From positions 62,001 to 126,000 of the IMG/VR virus record IMGVR_UViG_3300025162_000016: 64,000 nucleotides of DNA; one strand, written 5' to 3'. Below the pieces are notes generated by a model. It saw nothing but the letters and a program-made list of their open reading frames with translations. It was not told where the DNA came from and searched no databases. A program made the translations under genes and the position numbers. Of this stretch, positions 18,763-27,692 are shown piece by piece (position 1 is the stretch's first letter; each line of letters begins with the position of its first letter).

Positions 18763-19182
18763 ATGAAAACTAGAAATGGATTTGTATCAAATAGTAGTTC
18801 TTCCTCATTTATTGTTGCAGTGAAGCAGCATTCAGATGCGTGTCCCACTTGTGGAAGAAGAGACCCAGATTTCCTTGATATGGTAGAACATATGGGCAAT
18901 TCCGATGGATATGAGACGACTAAACTTCATCATCGAACGGCACAAGATATTTGGGAGAAAGGGGAAGAAAGTAGAGGATATCAACCGCAAAACAGAGGAA
19001 AATCTCCATTATTTGGAGTGATGATAGATGCCGAACATAAAGGATACAAGGTCGCTGAGATCGAAATATCCTATCATGATACTTCTACCACAGAGATGAT
19101 GAGTCAAATGGAAGCAACCAAAAATCTTATTGTCTTATGGAGCAATCATAGAGACATTAAGCCGAAAAATATAAAATTATGA
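18763..19182 (+). CDS. Tagged protein 2
   Basis: MKTRNGFVSNSSSSSFIV, then CPTCG. Confidence 0.8.
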   Translation: MKTRNGFVSNSSSSSFIVAVKQHSDACPTCGRRDPDFLDMVEHMGNSDGYETTKLHHRTAQDIWEKGEESRGYQPQNRGKSPLFGVMIDAEHKGYKVAEIEISYHDTSTTEMMSQMEATKNLIVLWSNHRDIKPKNIKL

Positions 19183-19766
19183 AAACTAGAAATGGATTTG
19201 TAAGTAATTCTTCTTCATCTTCGTTTATTGTGGGATTTGATACAATACCCAAAACAGTTGAAGAATTGAAGAAGTTACTTTTTAAGAATGATGAAATTCT
19301 ATCTGCGTATGATATAGAATTGGACACCCAAAAAGCGGCAGATATAATTTTCGATGATATTAAAAATCAAAAACTTGCTACAAAAAAACGACTTTTCGAT
19401 GTAATTAGAGCAGGTGAATTAGCAGATTATCCTGAAACGGAGTCAAACCATCCGGTTTATAAATTAATGGATGAGTTTTGCAAGAAATACCCCAAACAGC
19501 ATTGGGGCACTCCAGGAGAAATAGAAAATAAAGATACAAGAAAATTCGCTCAAAAAATTTGGGATATGCAGCATGCAAAATGGAAAGCGGAGAATAAATC
19601 GAGAGATGTGGCGGCAATGAAGTATGTTAATGAGACGGTTCTTCCTAAATTGAAAGATAAGAAAGTTTTTATTTTTGAATACGAAGATCATGATCCGGTT
19701 GGAAATGTATTGGAACATGGTAATGTTTTTAACCGAGTGGTTCATTTTCATATTAGTATGCATTAA
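19179..19766 (+). CDS. Tagged protein 3
   Basis: MKTRNGFVSNSSSSSFIV; ATGA-coupled. Confidence 0.8.
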   Translation: MKTRNGFVSNSSSSSFIVGFDTIPKTVEELKKLLFKNDEILSAYDIELDTQKAADIIFDDIKNQKLATKKRLFDVIRAGELADYPETESNHPVYKLMDEFCKKYPKQHWGTPGEIENKDTRKFAQKIWDMQHAKWKAENKSRDVAAMKYVNETVLPKLKDKKVFIFEYEDHDPVGNVLEHGNVFNRVVHFHISMH

Positions 19767-19772
19767 AAAATT

Positions 19773-20282
19773 ATGAAAATTAGAAATGGCTTTGTAAGCA
19801 ACAGTAGTTCGAGTTCTTTTATTGTTCGGCGGGGCGACAGGAGACCGAAGGGGTCGGTATGTGTACCAATGGTTGTTTTGACTGAGCAACAGGATACCAT
19901 ATTAGATAATTATGGTTTTCGTAAAACTACTGCTCATGTTCCAAGTGGAGTTCCTTCGTTTTATGACAAAAAAGCATGGAAATCTGAGGCGAGGATTATT
20001 AGTAAGGGTTTGAACGAACTTGGATACAATTGGGGATACGAAGTTGATTGTAATCAAGATGAAGTCATGGTATTCTTAATTGAGAATAAGATTCCATTCG
20101 TAGCAGAATGTCATTACGGACATGAATCATTTATATATGATCCTAAAAATGATACTCTATACAAGGGAATTAATTATGGAACGATGATGGAAACCTACGG
20201 ACCCAATAGTTATGAAATTAGTAGAGTAACATCCGTCACCGGTAAAGAATGGATAGAGAAAATAAACATTAAAAAATTATGA
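19773..20282 (+). CDS. Tagged protein 4
   Basis: MKIRNGFVSNSSSSSFIV. Confidence 0.8.
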   Translation: MKIRNGFVSNSSSSSFIVRRGDRRPKGSVCVPMVVLTEQQDTILDNYGFRKTTAHVPSGVPSFYDKKAWKSEARIISKGLNELGYNWGYEVDCNQDEVMVFLIENKIPFVAECHYGHESFIYDPKNDTLYKGINYGTMMETYGPNSYEISRVTSVTGKEWIEKINIKKL

Positions 20283-20373
20283 AAATAAGAATAGGATTTG
20301 TTTCAAATAGTTCGTCGAGTTCATTTATATTATTTGGCGCTTATATGGACACTACTAAAGACGAGGAATTACA

Positions 20374-21628
20374 TCAACTACCCCTGCCTGAAGGCAGAGG
20401 TTTGTAAGACTCCTAAACTCTTAGAAGATTTACATACAATAGGCTGATTGATTGCAGCCCGAGAAATATTTATACTGGCATTGTAATCCGCATTAGTAGA
20501 ATATCCACATTTCTTACAAGTAAATAATTCTTGTGTTAATCTATTGTCTTCTTCACAATGATTGCATTTACTGCAAATTTGAGAAGTATATGATGGATTA
20601 ACAAATAATACTGGTATTCCTGCTATTTTTGCTTTGTAAGTAATGAACTCCCTCAATTGTCCGAAAGACCATTTACCAAGTCTTGCGTTATTATCCCGCA
20701 ATTTCTTGTTAAACTTTTTAACCGTTTTCTTGGAATAAAAATGTAAATCTTCCAACTTAATTCCTACTTCAAGTGCCTTTGCTTTCACAACAATCTTCTT
20801 ACTTATACAATGATTTGTATCTTTCTTATATCTGTTTTCTTTTTTACTAATTTTAACTAAATGTTTTCTCGCCGATTTTGTTCCTTTTGATTGTAAATTT
20901 GATTTTAATAAAGTAATCTTTTTTCTATGAGTTTCAACCTTATCTCCCGAATAAATTTCTCCATCGGATGTTACTGCAATATTAATTATTCCCATATCAA
21001 CTCCTAAAAACTTATTGGTTTCTATTGGTTTCTTCTCAATTTCATCATAAACAAAGTTAACATAAAATTGTTTTTTTACTTTGTCATAGATCAACTCACA
21101 TTGGCCACATAAGTTCAGATCACTAAGTTTTTTATAAGATTGATATGGAATTTTAATTCTACCACTCAGAACCATTAGTGATACCATATTGTCTTTTTTA
21201 ATGGTAAAATTTCTGGTATCATAGTCTATGGAACCATATTTGTAATAATTTATCAATGTATTTCGCTGGTCTTTGTTGGCATAGGAAGAAGAAACTTTTC
21301 TTACTACGAGGATTGCCATTTGAGATGAAAGATTGTATTTCTGTTTTAATTCGTAATACACTGATTTCTGCAATAACATTTTATTAAATATTTTGGAATG
21401 GAATGCTTTTTCGGCAACCCAGTTACAGGCATTATTAAAATTCTCCATAACATCGAGTAATTGTTGATGTTGTGAAGCAGTTTCTAATAATTTACATTTA
21501 ATGGTTATTTTCACTTATTCAATCTTTCACCACATAACTATAATGTAAGAATACGAAAACATCAATTATTTTTATTTATTTTATGGTGGCAATTCCTCCC
21601 TTACCTAAAGGAAAGGGATTCCTTGCCA
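20374..21628 (-). mobile_element. Non-autonomous IS200/IS605-family element (tnpB only)
   Basis: Subterminal hairpins CCCCTGCCT-GA-AGGCAGAGG (about 20381-20400) and CCCTTACCT-AA-AGGAAAGGG (about 21598-21617). No target duplication; ends uncertain by 2 nt. Confidence 0.85.
20378..21514 (-). CDS. tnpB: TnpB RNA-guided nuclease
   Basis: GVDMGIINIA, KLEDL, NPSYTSQICSKC, CKKCG, NADYNASINI. Confidence 0.92.
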   Translation of the reverse strand: MKITIKCKLLETASQHQQLLDVMENFNNACNWVAEKAFHSKIFNKMLLQKSVYYELKQKYNLSSQMAILVVRKVSSSYANKDQRNTLINYYKYGSIDYDTRNFTIKKDNMVSLMVLSGRIKIPYQSYKKLSDLNLCGQCELIYDKVKKQFYVNFVYDEIEKKPIETNKFLGVDMGIINIAVTSDGEIYSGDKVETHRKKITLLKSNLQSKGTKSARKHLVKISKKENRYKKDTNHCISKKIVVKAKALEVGIKLEDLHFYSKKTVKKFNKKLRDNNARLGKWSFGQLREFITYKAKIAGIPVLFVNPSYTSQICSKCNHCEEDNRLTQELFTCKKCGYSTNADYNASINISRAAINQPIVCKSSKSLGVLQTSAFRQG

Positions 21629-21836
21629 CAAAAAGGTTGAAGAACACGGTCTCATACTTTGTGAGAGTGAGGAAGACGGCACATGTATAGGAGTAGGTGT
21701 CGAAGAAATGAAAGGAACCGAAACCCTTACCCAATTTAGAGAAAGAATTGCCAAACAATTCGCTGAAGTTGGACTTGAAGTGAAACTCTCAGATTTGCGT
21801 TTTATCGGCGGGAGTTGTCGTAGTTAATATTAAACG

Positions 21837-21865
21837 TTGACAAAATAATCACTATCTGATATAAT
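21837..21865 (+). promoter_or_regulatory. Consensus sigma70 promoter of tagged-gene operon B
   Basis: TTGACA-17 nt-TATAAT, exact consensus. Confidence 0.8.
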
Positions 21866-21896
21866 ATCATTATGAAAGTTAAAAAAACATTAAAAT

Positions 21897-22172
21897 ATGA
21901 AAACACGAAATGGATTTGTTAGTAATAGTAGTTCGAGTAGTTTTATTATTTACCGCAAGTTATTGACAGAGGATAACTTGGAGAAAATTCAGAATTGGTG
22001 GAATGAGAATGAGAAAAATATTCATGATGATGACGGGGCGTATTACAGTGGATATAATCGCTTCTCACATAATTTTATTTTAGCTAGATGTCATAGTCAT
22101 AGCACACAATTCTCAAAGTTATTGAAAGAATGTGGAGTGAAAGAGGAAGATTATATGATGGATTATCGTTAA
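21897..22172 (+). CDS. Tagged protein 6
   Basis: MKTRNGFVSNSSSSSFII. Confidence 0.8.
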   Translation: MKTRNGFVSNSSSSSFIIYRKLLTEDNLEKIQNWWNENEKNIHDDDGAYYSGYNRFSHNFILARCHSHSTQFSKLLKECGVKEEDYMMDYR

Positions 22173-22176
22173 AATT

Positions 22177-22521
22177 ATGAAAACAAGACAAGGATTTGTA
22201 TCAAACAGTTCGAGTACATCCTTTACCTGTGACGTTTGCGGAAATGAGCAGAGCGGGATGGATATGTCTCTTAGAGATTGTAGTATGGTTAAATGTGTTA
22301 ATGACCACACGGTTTGTCGTGATGAAATGTTGAACTACGAGAGTGGGAAAACCTATGATGTTCCCGCCGAGTTTTGTCCGTTATGTCAGATGAAGAAAGT
22401 ATGTCACGATGATATTTACGGGTATGCCTTGCGGAAACTCGGAAAGACACGCAACGAATTGGAAGAGGAAATTAAAATCCTCTTCCCAACATATAAAGAG
22501 TTCAAAGATTATATTAAATAA
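22177..22521 (+). CDS. Tagged protein 7, Cys-rich
   Basis: MKTRQGFVSNSSSTSFTCDVCG, C..DH, CPLC. Confidence 0.8.
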   Translation: MKTRQGFVSNSSSTSFTCDVCGNEQSGMDMSLRDCSMVKCVNDHTVCRDEMLNYESGKTYDVPAEFCPLCQMKKVCHDDIYGYALRKLGKTRNELEEEIKILFPTYKEFKDYIK

Positions 22522-22522
22522 T

Positions 22523-22798
22523 ATGAAAACAAGACAAGGATTTGTATCAAACAGTTCTTCTGCTAGTTTTATTGTAAGTCTTGAGAAGATCACCGCAAAA
22601 GATGCATTAAAGCTAATGGACTATGATAAACTTCCAGCGGATGCAATGGGACGGGAATGGAAAGACGGATGGGATATTGAGGTGGATTTTACTAAAGGAT
22701 TAATTCACGGATGTGCCATTATGGATAATGGCGATTTGAGTGAATATTTGATAAAAGAAAACGTCAATATAAGTCTTTTTGTGTGGAAACACGATTGA
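22523..22798 (+). CDS. Tagged protein 8
   Basis: Internal ATG of track ORF 22409: MKTRQGFVSNSSSASFIV. Confidence 0.8.
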   Translation: MKTRQGFVSNSSSASFIVSLEKITAKDALKLMDYDKLPADAMGREWKDGWDIEVDFTKGLIHGCAIMDNGDLSEYLIKENVNISLFVWKHD

Positions 22799-22815
22799 AA
22801 AAGCCGGTAAAAAAT

Positions 22816-23127
22816 ATGAAAATAAGATCGGGTTTTGTATCGAATAGTTCGTCCAGTAGTTTCTGTATTCTCGGGGTTGATATTGATGCCGATACTATGG
22901 ATAAAATAGAAGGAATGTATATGGAGCTAAAAGGAACTCGGGTGAGAACTCAATTTTCTATATCCCACGATAATGGAAAATATGTCGGCATCGATGTTAC
23001 TACGATGAAAGATAATGAAACTCCGCTTCAACTTAAACAAGAGATTGTTGATGTTCTGCATAAATGCGGGGTGGACATTGAAATCAATAATATTAACTTT
23101 ATCGAAGATGGGGGTTATAACGGATGA
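22816..23127 (+). CDS. Tagged protein 9
   Basis: Internal ATG of track ORF 22783: MKIRSGFVSNSSSSSFCI. Confidence 0.8.
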   Translation: MKIRSGFVSNSSSSSFCILGVDIDADTMDKIEGMYMELKGTRVRTQFSISHDNGKYVGIDVTTMKDNETPLQLKQEIVDVLHKCGVDIEINNINFIEDGGYNG

Positions 23128-23852
23128 AAACACTATGTTCATATTTGGGTGGAAGTATTAGTTATGGATTAAACACTCCCACCTCGGACAAAGATGAGCG
23201 ATTTGTGTTTTTAAACACAGATGTATCTAAAATCGTCGGGTTAAGCCGACATGAACATGAATCTAACCAAACGGACACCGAAGATAAATTTGGATGGGAA
23301 ATTAGACATTTTTTAAATTTGCTTCATAGGGGAAATACAATGTGTCTGGAAATATTGTATAACCAAAATTGGTTGGAAATTACTAAAGAGTTCATATACA
23401 TTCAATCCTTTAAAGATAAACTAATAGATTCCACTTGTTTATACAAATGCCTTCGAGGATATTGTCAATCCGAACGGGCATTAGTGTTGGGAAAAAGAAC
23501 CGGTGTTCTTGGCGGCAAACGAAAAGAACAATTAGAAAAATATGGATACTCGTATAAAAATGCAGTTCAATTTTTACGATTATGTTTATGCGGAAAAATC
23601 TTTTTTCAAGAAGGATACTTCCCGGTTAATATTCGCCAATTCGATGCGTCAGAAACGCTGTTTTCAATTAAAACCGAACCGGAAAAATATTCGAAAGAGG
23701 ACGTTATAACTCTGATGGATGACTATGAAAAAATGCTAGAACAATCATATGCCACCATTAAAATTAAACACCATTACGATGTTGACATTGCTAACCAAAT
23801 CTGCTATGATCTATATGTGCCGATATTAGTAACTGTCAATAAAAATAGATAA
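23124..23852 (+). CDS. Pol-beta-superfamily nucleotidyltransferase (RlaP/Nuc-transf-like)
   Basis: GGSISYGLNTPTSDKDERFVF, N..CLEIL, YSYKNA.Q.LRL. ATGA-coupled to tagged protein 9. Confidence 0.78.
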   Translation: MKTLCSYLGGSISYGLNTPTSDKDERFVFLNTDVSKIVGLSRHEHESNQTDTEDKFGWEIRHFLNLLHRGNTMCLEILYNQNWLEITKEFIYIQSFKDKLIDSTCLYKCLRGYCQSERALVLGKRTGVLGGKRKEQLEKYGYSYKNAVQFLRLCLCGKIFFQEGYFPVNIRQFDASETLFSIKTEPEKYSKEDVITLMDDYEKMLEQSYATIKIKHHYDVDIANQICYDLYVPILVTVNKNR

Positions 23853-23868
23853 TTAAAAATAAACAAAT

Positions 23869-24309
23869 ATGTCAAAAATAAGCTTAGAAGAAGTTGAGGG
23901 AGTCCTGTTGCAGCATAAGATTAGCGATACCGGTTCAATTATCAAAGATTTGGAAAAAATCCTTGAGGAATTGAAAGCGGAATCGGAAGCCAATGCGGAG
24001 GATAAGCCAACGTATGAATATGTTGTCGTTATCCACGATCCAAGCGGAGAACTAAAAGCACAGAAGAAAGACGAGGTGCTTTCAGCTTACATCGTGCAAC
24101 AGGAAGAAGGACAAGATGCCGGTTTGATTCTATCCAAACTTAAGGAATGTGCGACTACTCAAAACGAAACCGCCAAACGCAAGAAATCTCGATTGGATAG
24201 TATTCGTGATATTTTCGACGGTCTAAAATCTAAGTTTGCTAAAGAGAAGAAGCTCAAAATAAAGACCAAGGAACCAGTTCGGATTCTCTTGACGGACGGA
24301 AAGTTGTAA
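23869..24309 (+). CDS. Hypothetical protein, last gene of operon B
   Basis: ORF followed by a terminator. Confidence 0.55.
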   Translation: MSKISLEEVEGVLLQHKISDTGSIIKDLEKILEELKAESEANAEDKPTYEYVVVIHDPSGELKAQKKDEVLSAYIVQQEEGQDAGLILSKLKECATTQNETAKRKKSRLDSIRDIFDGLKSKFAKEKKLKIKTKEPVRILLTDGKL

Positions 24310-24325
24310 TAATCAATAATAACAT

Positions 24326-24359
24326 AAAGCCTCTGGATTAATTTCCAGAGGCTTTTTTT
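24326..24359. terminator. Intrinsic terminator between convergent operons
   Basis: AAAGCCTCTGGA-TTAATT-TCCAGAGGCTTT plus T-run. Confidence 0.85.
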
Positions 24360-24368
24360 GTTTTTAGA

Positions 24369-24797
24369 TTAAACCTTTTCGGCGGGAGCAACTTTGTAAT
24401 ACCGTTCGACGATATGACGAATATCATCAAATAAAATCGCACAGTGTTGTTTTTTTACGTAACATTCTTGGGCGATCTTCTGAAGTTCTTGAACTTTTTT
24501 ACTACAGTCGGCGAAATTCTTTTTGATGATATTTTCTTGAAATACATCTGGGCATTCATTTATGGCATAATTCTGAGCTAATTCCATAAATTGACTAATG
24601 ACTTTTGCTGACTCTACAATAGCCTTTTCATCCTCGAATGACTTACCATATTCTCGGAACATGTATGCCATTTCTTTCAATTGACGTTTCATTTCCGGTG
24701 TCATGGGAGGTTTTACTTGCCCCATTTTATCGGGAATAGCGCCCATATTTTCAACGATTTGTTTGAGCGAAAATTCAGTTGTCTTTGGTAAATTCAT
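24369..24797 (-). CDS. Helical hypothetical protein
   Basis: ORF with a TATTTATA box upstream on the minus strand. Confidence 0.5.
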   Translation of the reverse strand: MNLPKTTEFSLKQIVENMGAIPDKMGQVKPPMTPEMKRQLKEMAYMFREYGKSFEDEKAIVESAKVISQFMELAQNYAINECPDVFQENIIKKNFADCSKKVQELQKIAQECYVKKQHCAILFDDIRHIVERYYKVAPAEKV

Positions 24798-24830
24798 ATT
24801 ATTTAATATAAATAGCGTTAAATTTTCAAT

Positions 24831-25130
24831 TTAACCTCTTTCTTTATCTATTTCGGGCTGTGAATATTTATTGAAATATTCAATTATTTTTTCAAATTCT
24901 TGGAATATTTGAATTCCGTTTTTATCTTCCAGAAAAAAACACTCTCCTTTCGGTGTTTTCTTTTTATAAATTTTTATAGCAGGTTTTTCTAAAGACATAA
25001 CATAATCCCCATCAAATTCAAATTTCATGTCTTTTAAATGGGAGGCGTCATTGAATTTCCAATCATCAATATTTATTAAACCTTTTTTCTTTTCATCCCC
25101 CACAATATTTAGAAGTTCAGTAAGTTGCAT
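24831..25130 (-). CDS. Hypothetical protein
   Basis: ORF in the minus-strand operon, MQLTELL start. Confidence 0.5.
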   Translation of the reverse strand: MQLTELLNIVGDEKKKGLINIDDWKFNDASHLKDMKFEFDGDYVMSLEKPAIKIYKKKTPKGECFFLEDKNGIQIFQEFEKIIEYFNKYSQPEIDKERG

Positions 25131-25133
25131 AGA

Positions 25134-25898
25134 TTAAGTTTGTTTATGAAATACTGCCGCCAAGAAATTTGTTAAAATCTCAGATCCTTCTTGATCATCA
25201 ATAGGAACAGATTTTATGATTTTAATTTCATCACCGCCACCTTCCGCTTCTTTTAAAGAAGGTGGAGGGGGGGCGGGAGGCGGCTCATTGGCAGGAGGGG
25301 ATTTTGGTTCGGGTGATGGTTCCGGTTCTGGCTCATCTTTTCCAGATCTATTTTTTACAATTGCAACATATATAAATCTACCTGCCGGATCGGAACTCGA
25401 ATTTTGCGAGGGGACATCTTCCTGAAGATTCAAAGGCTCCCATAGTTTTTTTACCATAATTAGACTTGTGTTGCCATAGTCATCGGATTTATTATATCCA
25501 ACCTTAAATTTATTGTGAACAGTTGGTTCGGCATCATCGAAGTTTTGAATTGCTTGATTTTCTTTTGGAGTTAATTCGTATCCACGATACATTCCAAGAG
25601 TTTTTTTGAAATCTCCATGAAATGTTTTAGCACTTGCTATAGGGTTTGGAGAAGATTCAACTTCTTCTTCCTGAAGATTCATGGGTTCTTGAATCTCTTT
25701 AAGTGTTTTTAATAGTCTTCTCTTGGATTCTATATTACATTTTTGGAACCCATATTCTTGCATTAAAAAATCTTTAACATCCTCGGGCGTCATTGAATCC
25801 GCTGCCTTACCCGCTTGTCCGGATTTAGGAGTTTTTCCGTTTTGCATGTTATAAACTACATGCATGAATCTATTTTGCTCTGGCGATTTGCTTGGCAT
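25134..25898 (-). CDS. Hypothetical, possibly virion-associated, Pro-rich linker
   Basis: MPSKSPEQNRFM start, LQE/LKE motifs, TATTTATA box 3 nt upstream. Confidence 0.55.
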   Translation of the reverse strand: MPSKSPEQNRFMHVVYNMQNGKTPKSGQAGKAADSMTPEDVKDFLMQEYGFQKCNIESKRRLLKTLKEIQEPMNLQEEEVESSPNPIASAKTFHGDFKKTLGMYRGYELTPKENQAIQNFDDAEPTVHNKFKVGYNKSDDYGNTSLIMVKKLWEPLNLQEDVPSQNSSSDPAGRFIYVAIVKNRSGKDEPEPEPSPEPKSPPANEPPPAPPPPSLKEAEGGGDEIKIIKSVPIDDQEGSEILTNFLAAVFHKQT

Positions 25899-25931
25899 AT
25901 GTATAAATATGAGAATATAGAAGTAAAATGC

Positions 25932-27605
25932 CTATCCACCATGTTTATTTTTCGAAGATGGAACCCATTCATGTTTTAGATTCCCACAATCCCAGATTCG
26001 ATCATATCCATTTAATTGCATATTCTGCCATTCAGTTAAGTTACTGTCGAAATTGGGAAAAATATCTTTTAAATTGTGTTTTCTAAAATTATATCGGTAT
26101 ATTCTTTTATTATAATTCTTTCCCAGATACCAATAATTAGGTCCGGTGTTTTTATTTATAGAAGTAAATCCTAATGATTTATAAATATTTTTATCAGTAT
26201 TACTCCATCTTACATCCGAATAAGATAAAATATATTCGGGATTATAGTTTTTTATAAAATAGGACAATAACTTACTGCCAATTCCAATAACTCGTTTATT
26301 TAAATGCGTACAAAACCTATACATTTCCCATTGGTTCTTTTTAGCGATATTTCCTAAAGCTATTCTCAATGCCCCAAATGTCATCACCGCCACAAGTTCG
26401 TTATTGTAATATGCTCCCACCCTCAATGATGCCATATCTTTTCCCTGAATATGATTGAGATCTAAAAACTCATTACATACATCCGCATTTAATAATCGAA
26501 TATCACATTTTCTGGCATATATTTTATCAGAAAGATTTTTATTAAATATATGAATTAATTTATTTTTGACTATTTCCTGTTTGTATATCCATTCGTCTTC
26601 AAATATATGAATTAAACGTATCTGCTTATCTTTACACGCCGTTGTTTTATTGAGGTGATAGTTTTTATATTTTTTCCCTCCGATTTCTGAATGCCAAAAT
26701 AATCCGTCATATTCAATTGCAATATTTAGAGATGATATAAAAATATCTAATTCTTTACCGCTCAATATTTTTCGATCGTTTGATATAATAGTTTCATTGG
26801 GTAATATTGATTTTATAAATTCTAATATTTTAGTTTCGGTTTGGGTTTTACTTATAGGATTGCAAATAAAACATCTTGGTATATTACCATTCAATAAAGT
26901 ATCTTCAAATTTGGATTCACAGAATTTACATTGAAACCAGTATTTAGTATCATATGATACATTCCCCCGATATTCCAATTCTGAAAATAATGGTATTATA
27001 TTTGTAAATTTACTCCCATTTACTATAAAATTATAATGATTTATCCGGCGTGCCTGTAATTGTTTTTCTTTTATTTCTAAATTTTGAGATATATAAGGCA
27101 CTCCATAAGTTTTAATGTTAGTCGCCTTTGTTTTCTTTTTATTCTCTTCCAACATCGCTACATTATTAACTCCATATTTATCCAAATTTGTTTTTTTAAC
27201 TCGCTCTAATATTTCGGAACTTTTTAATGGAATAGTAACTTTATATTTTTTATATAATGATTCTATTTGCCGGTTTCTTAATTCACTGTTTTGTTGAGGA
27301 TTCCTTACCCCATATCGCTCTAAACATGTATTAATCTGTTTATCTCTTATTACTTTGTTCTGACTGGGGGATATTACTCCATATTTTTTTAAACACGTTT
27401 TTTTAGCTTTCTCCGATATACACTCAAGTTTAGCTACATTATCAACTCCATATTTTTTTAGATTAAAATCCCGCCGACGAAGATTTGTTTTTTCAATATT
27501 CTCAGGCCGAGAACGATATTCCTCAAAACATCCCGTAGAACAATGCTGCTTATTCCGATGACGAGTATTAAATTCTTTATTACAATTTTTACATTTTTTT
27601 ATCAT
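25932..27605 (-). CDS. Hef-like homing endonuclease with KYG repeats
   Basis: CKNC/CSTGC N-terminus, KYG repeats, ELDI..EYDGLFWH, HIFEDEW, RIWDCG. Confidence 0.75.
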   Translation of the reverse strand: MIKKCKNCNKEFNTRHRNKQHCSTGCFEEYRSRPENIEKTNLRRRDFNLKKYGVDNVAKLECISEKAKKTCLKKYGVISPSQNKVIRDKQINTCLERYGVRNPQQNSELRNRQIESLYKKYKVTIPLKSSEILERVKKTNLDKYGVNNVAMLEENKKKTKATNIKTYGVPYISQNLEIKEKQLQARRINHYNFIVNGSKFTNIIPLFSELEYRGNVSYDTKYWFQCKFCESKFEDTLLNGNIPRCFICNPISKTQTETKILEFIKSILPNETIISNDRKILSGKELDIFISSLNIAIEYDGLFWHSEIGGKKYKNYHLNKTTACKDKQIRLIHIFEDEWIYKQEIVKNKLIHIFNKNLSDKIYARKCDIRLLNADVCNEFLDLNHIQGKDMASLRVGAYYNNELVAVMTFGALRIALGNIAKKNQWEMYRFCTHLNKRVIGIGSKLLSYFIKNYNPEYILSYSDVRWSNTDKNIYKSLGFTSINKNTGPNYWYLGKNYNKRIYRYNFRKHNLKDIFPNFDSNLTEWQNMQLNGYDRIWDCGNLKHEWVPSSKNKHGG

Positions 27606-27684
27606 ATACTGGGTTTGCCTGTGCCATCGTTTAATAAATATATACTACTTAACTATAAAAACCAAGTTTTTTTATTTCAAAACA

Positions 27685-27692
27685 TATTTATA
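27685..27692 (+). promoter_or_regulatory. Putative late promoter box TATTTATA (scaffold/capsid operon)
   Basis: Recurs upstream of many structural genes; see finding. Confidence 0.55.

Larger units (their letters stand above)
20279..21827 (+). pseudogene. Tagged protein 5 (97 aa when reconstituted), split by the tnpB element; paralog of tagged protein 9
   Basis: MKIRIGFVSNSSSSSFILFGAYMDTTKDEELH joins KKVEEHGL...IGVGVEEMKGTETLTQFRE...FIGGSCRS in frame across the element. Confidence 0.85.

Noticed and set aside
14096-21628. IS elements as IStrons (group I intron fusions)
   Set aside because: Non-coding ends are short (under about 120 nt), with no room for a group I core, and the second element is antisense to its host gene.
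22409-22815. Track starts 22409 and 22783
   Set aside because: The conserved tag marks ATG 22523 and ATG 22816 as the real starts. The extensions overlap upstream genes.
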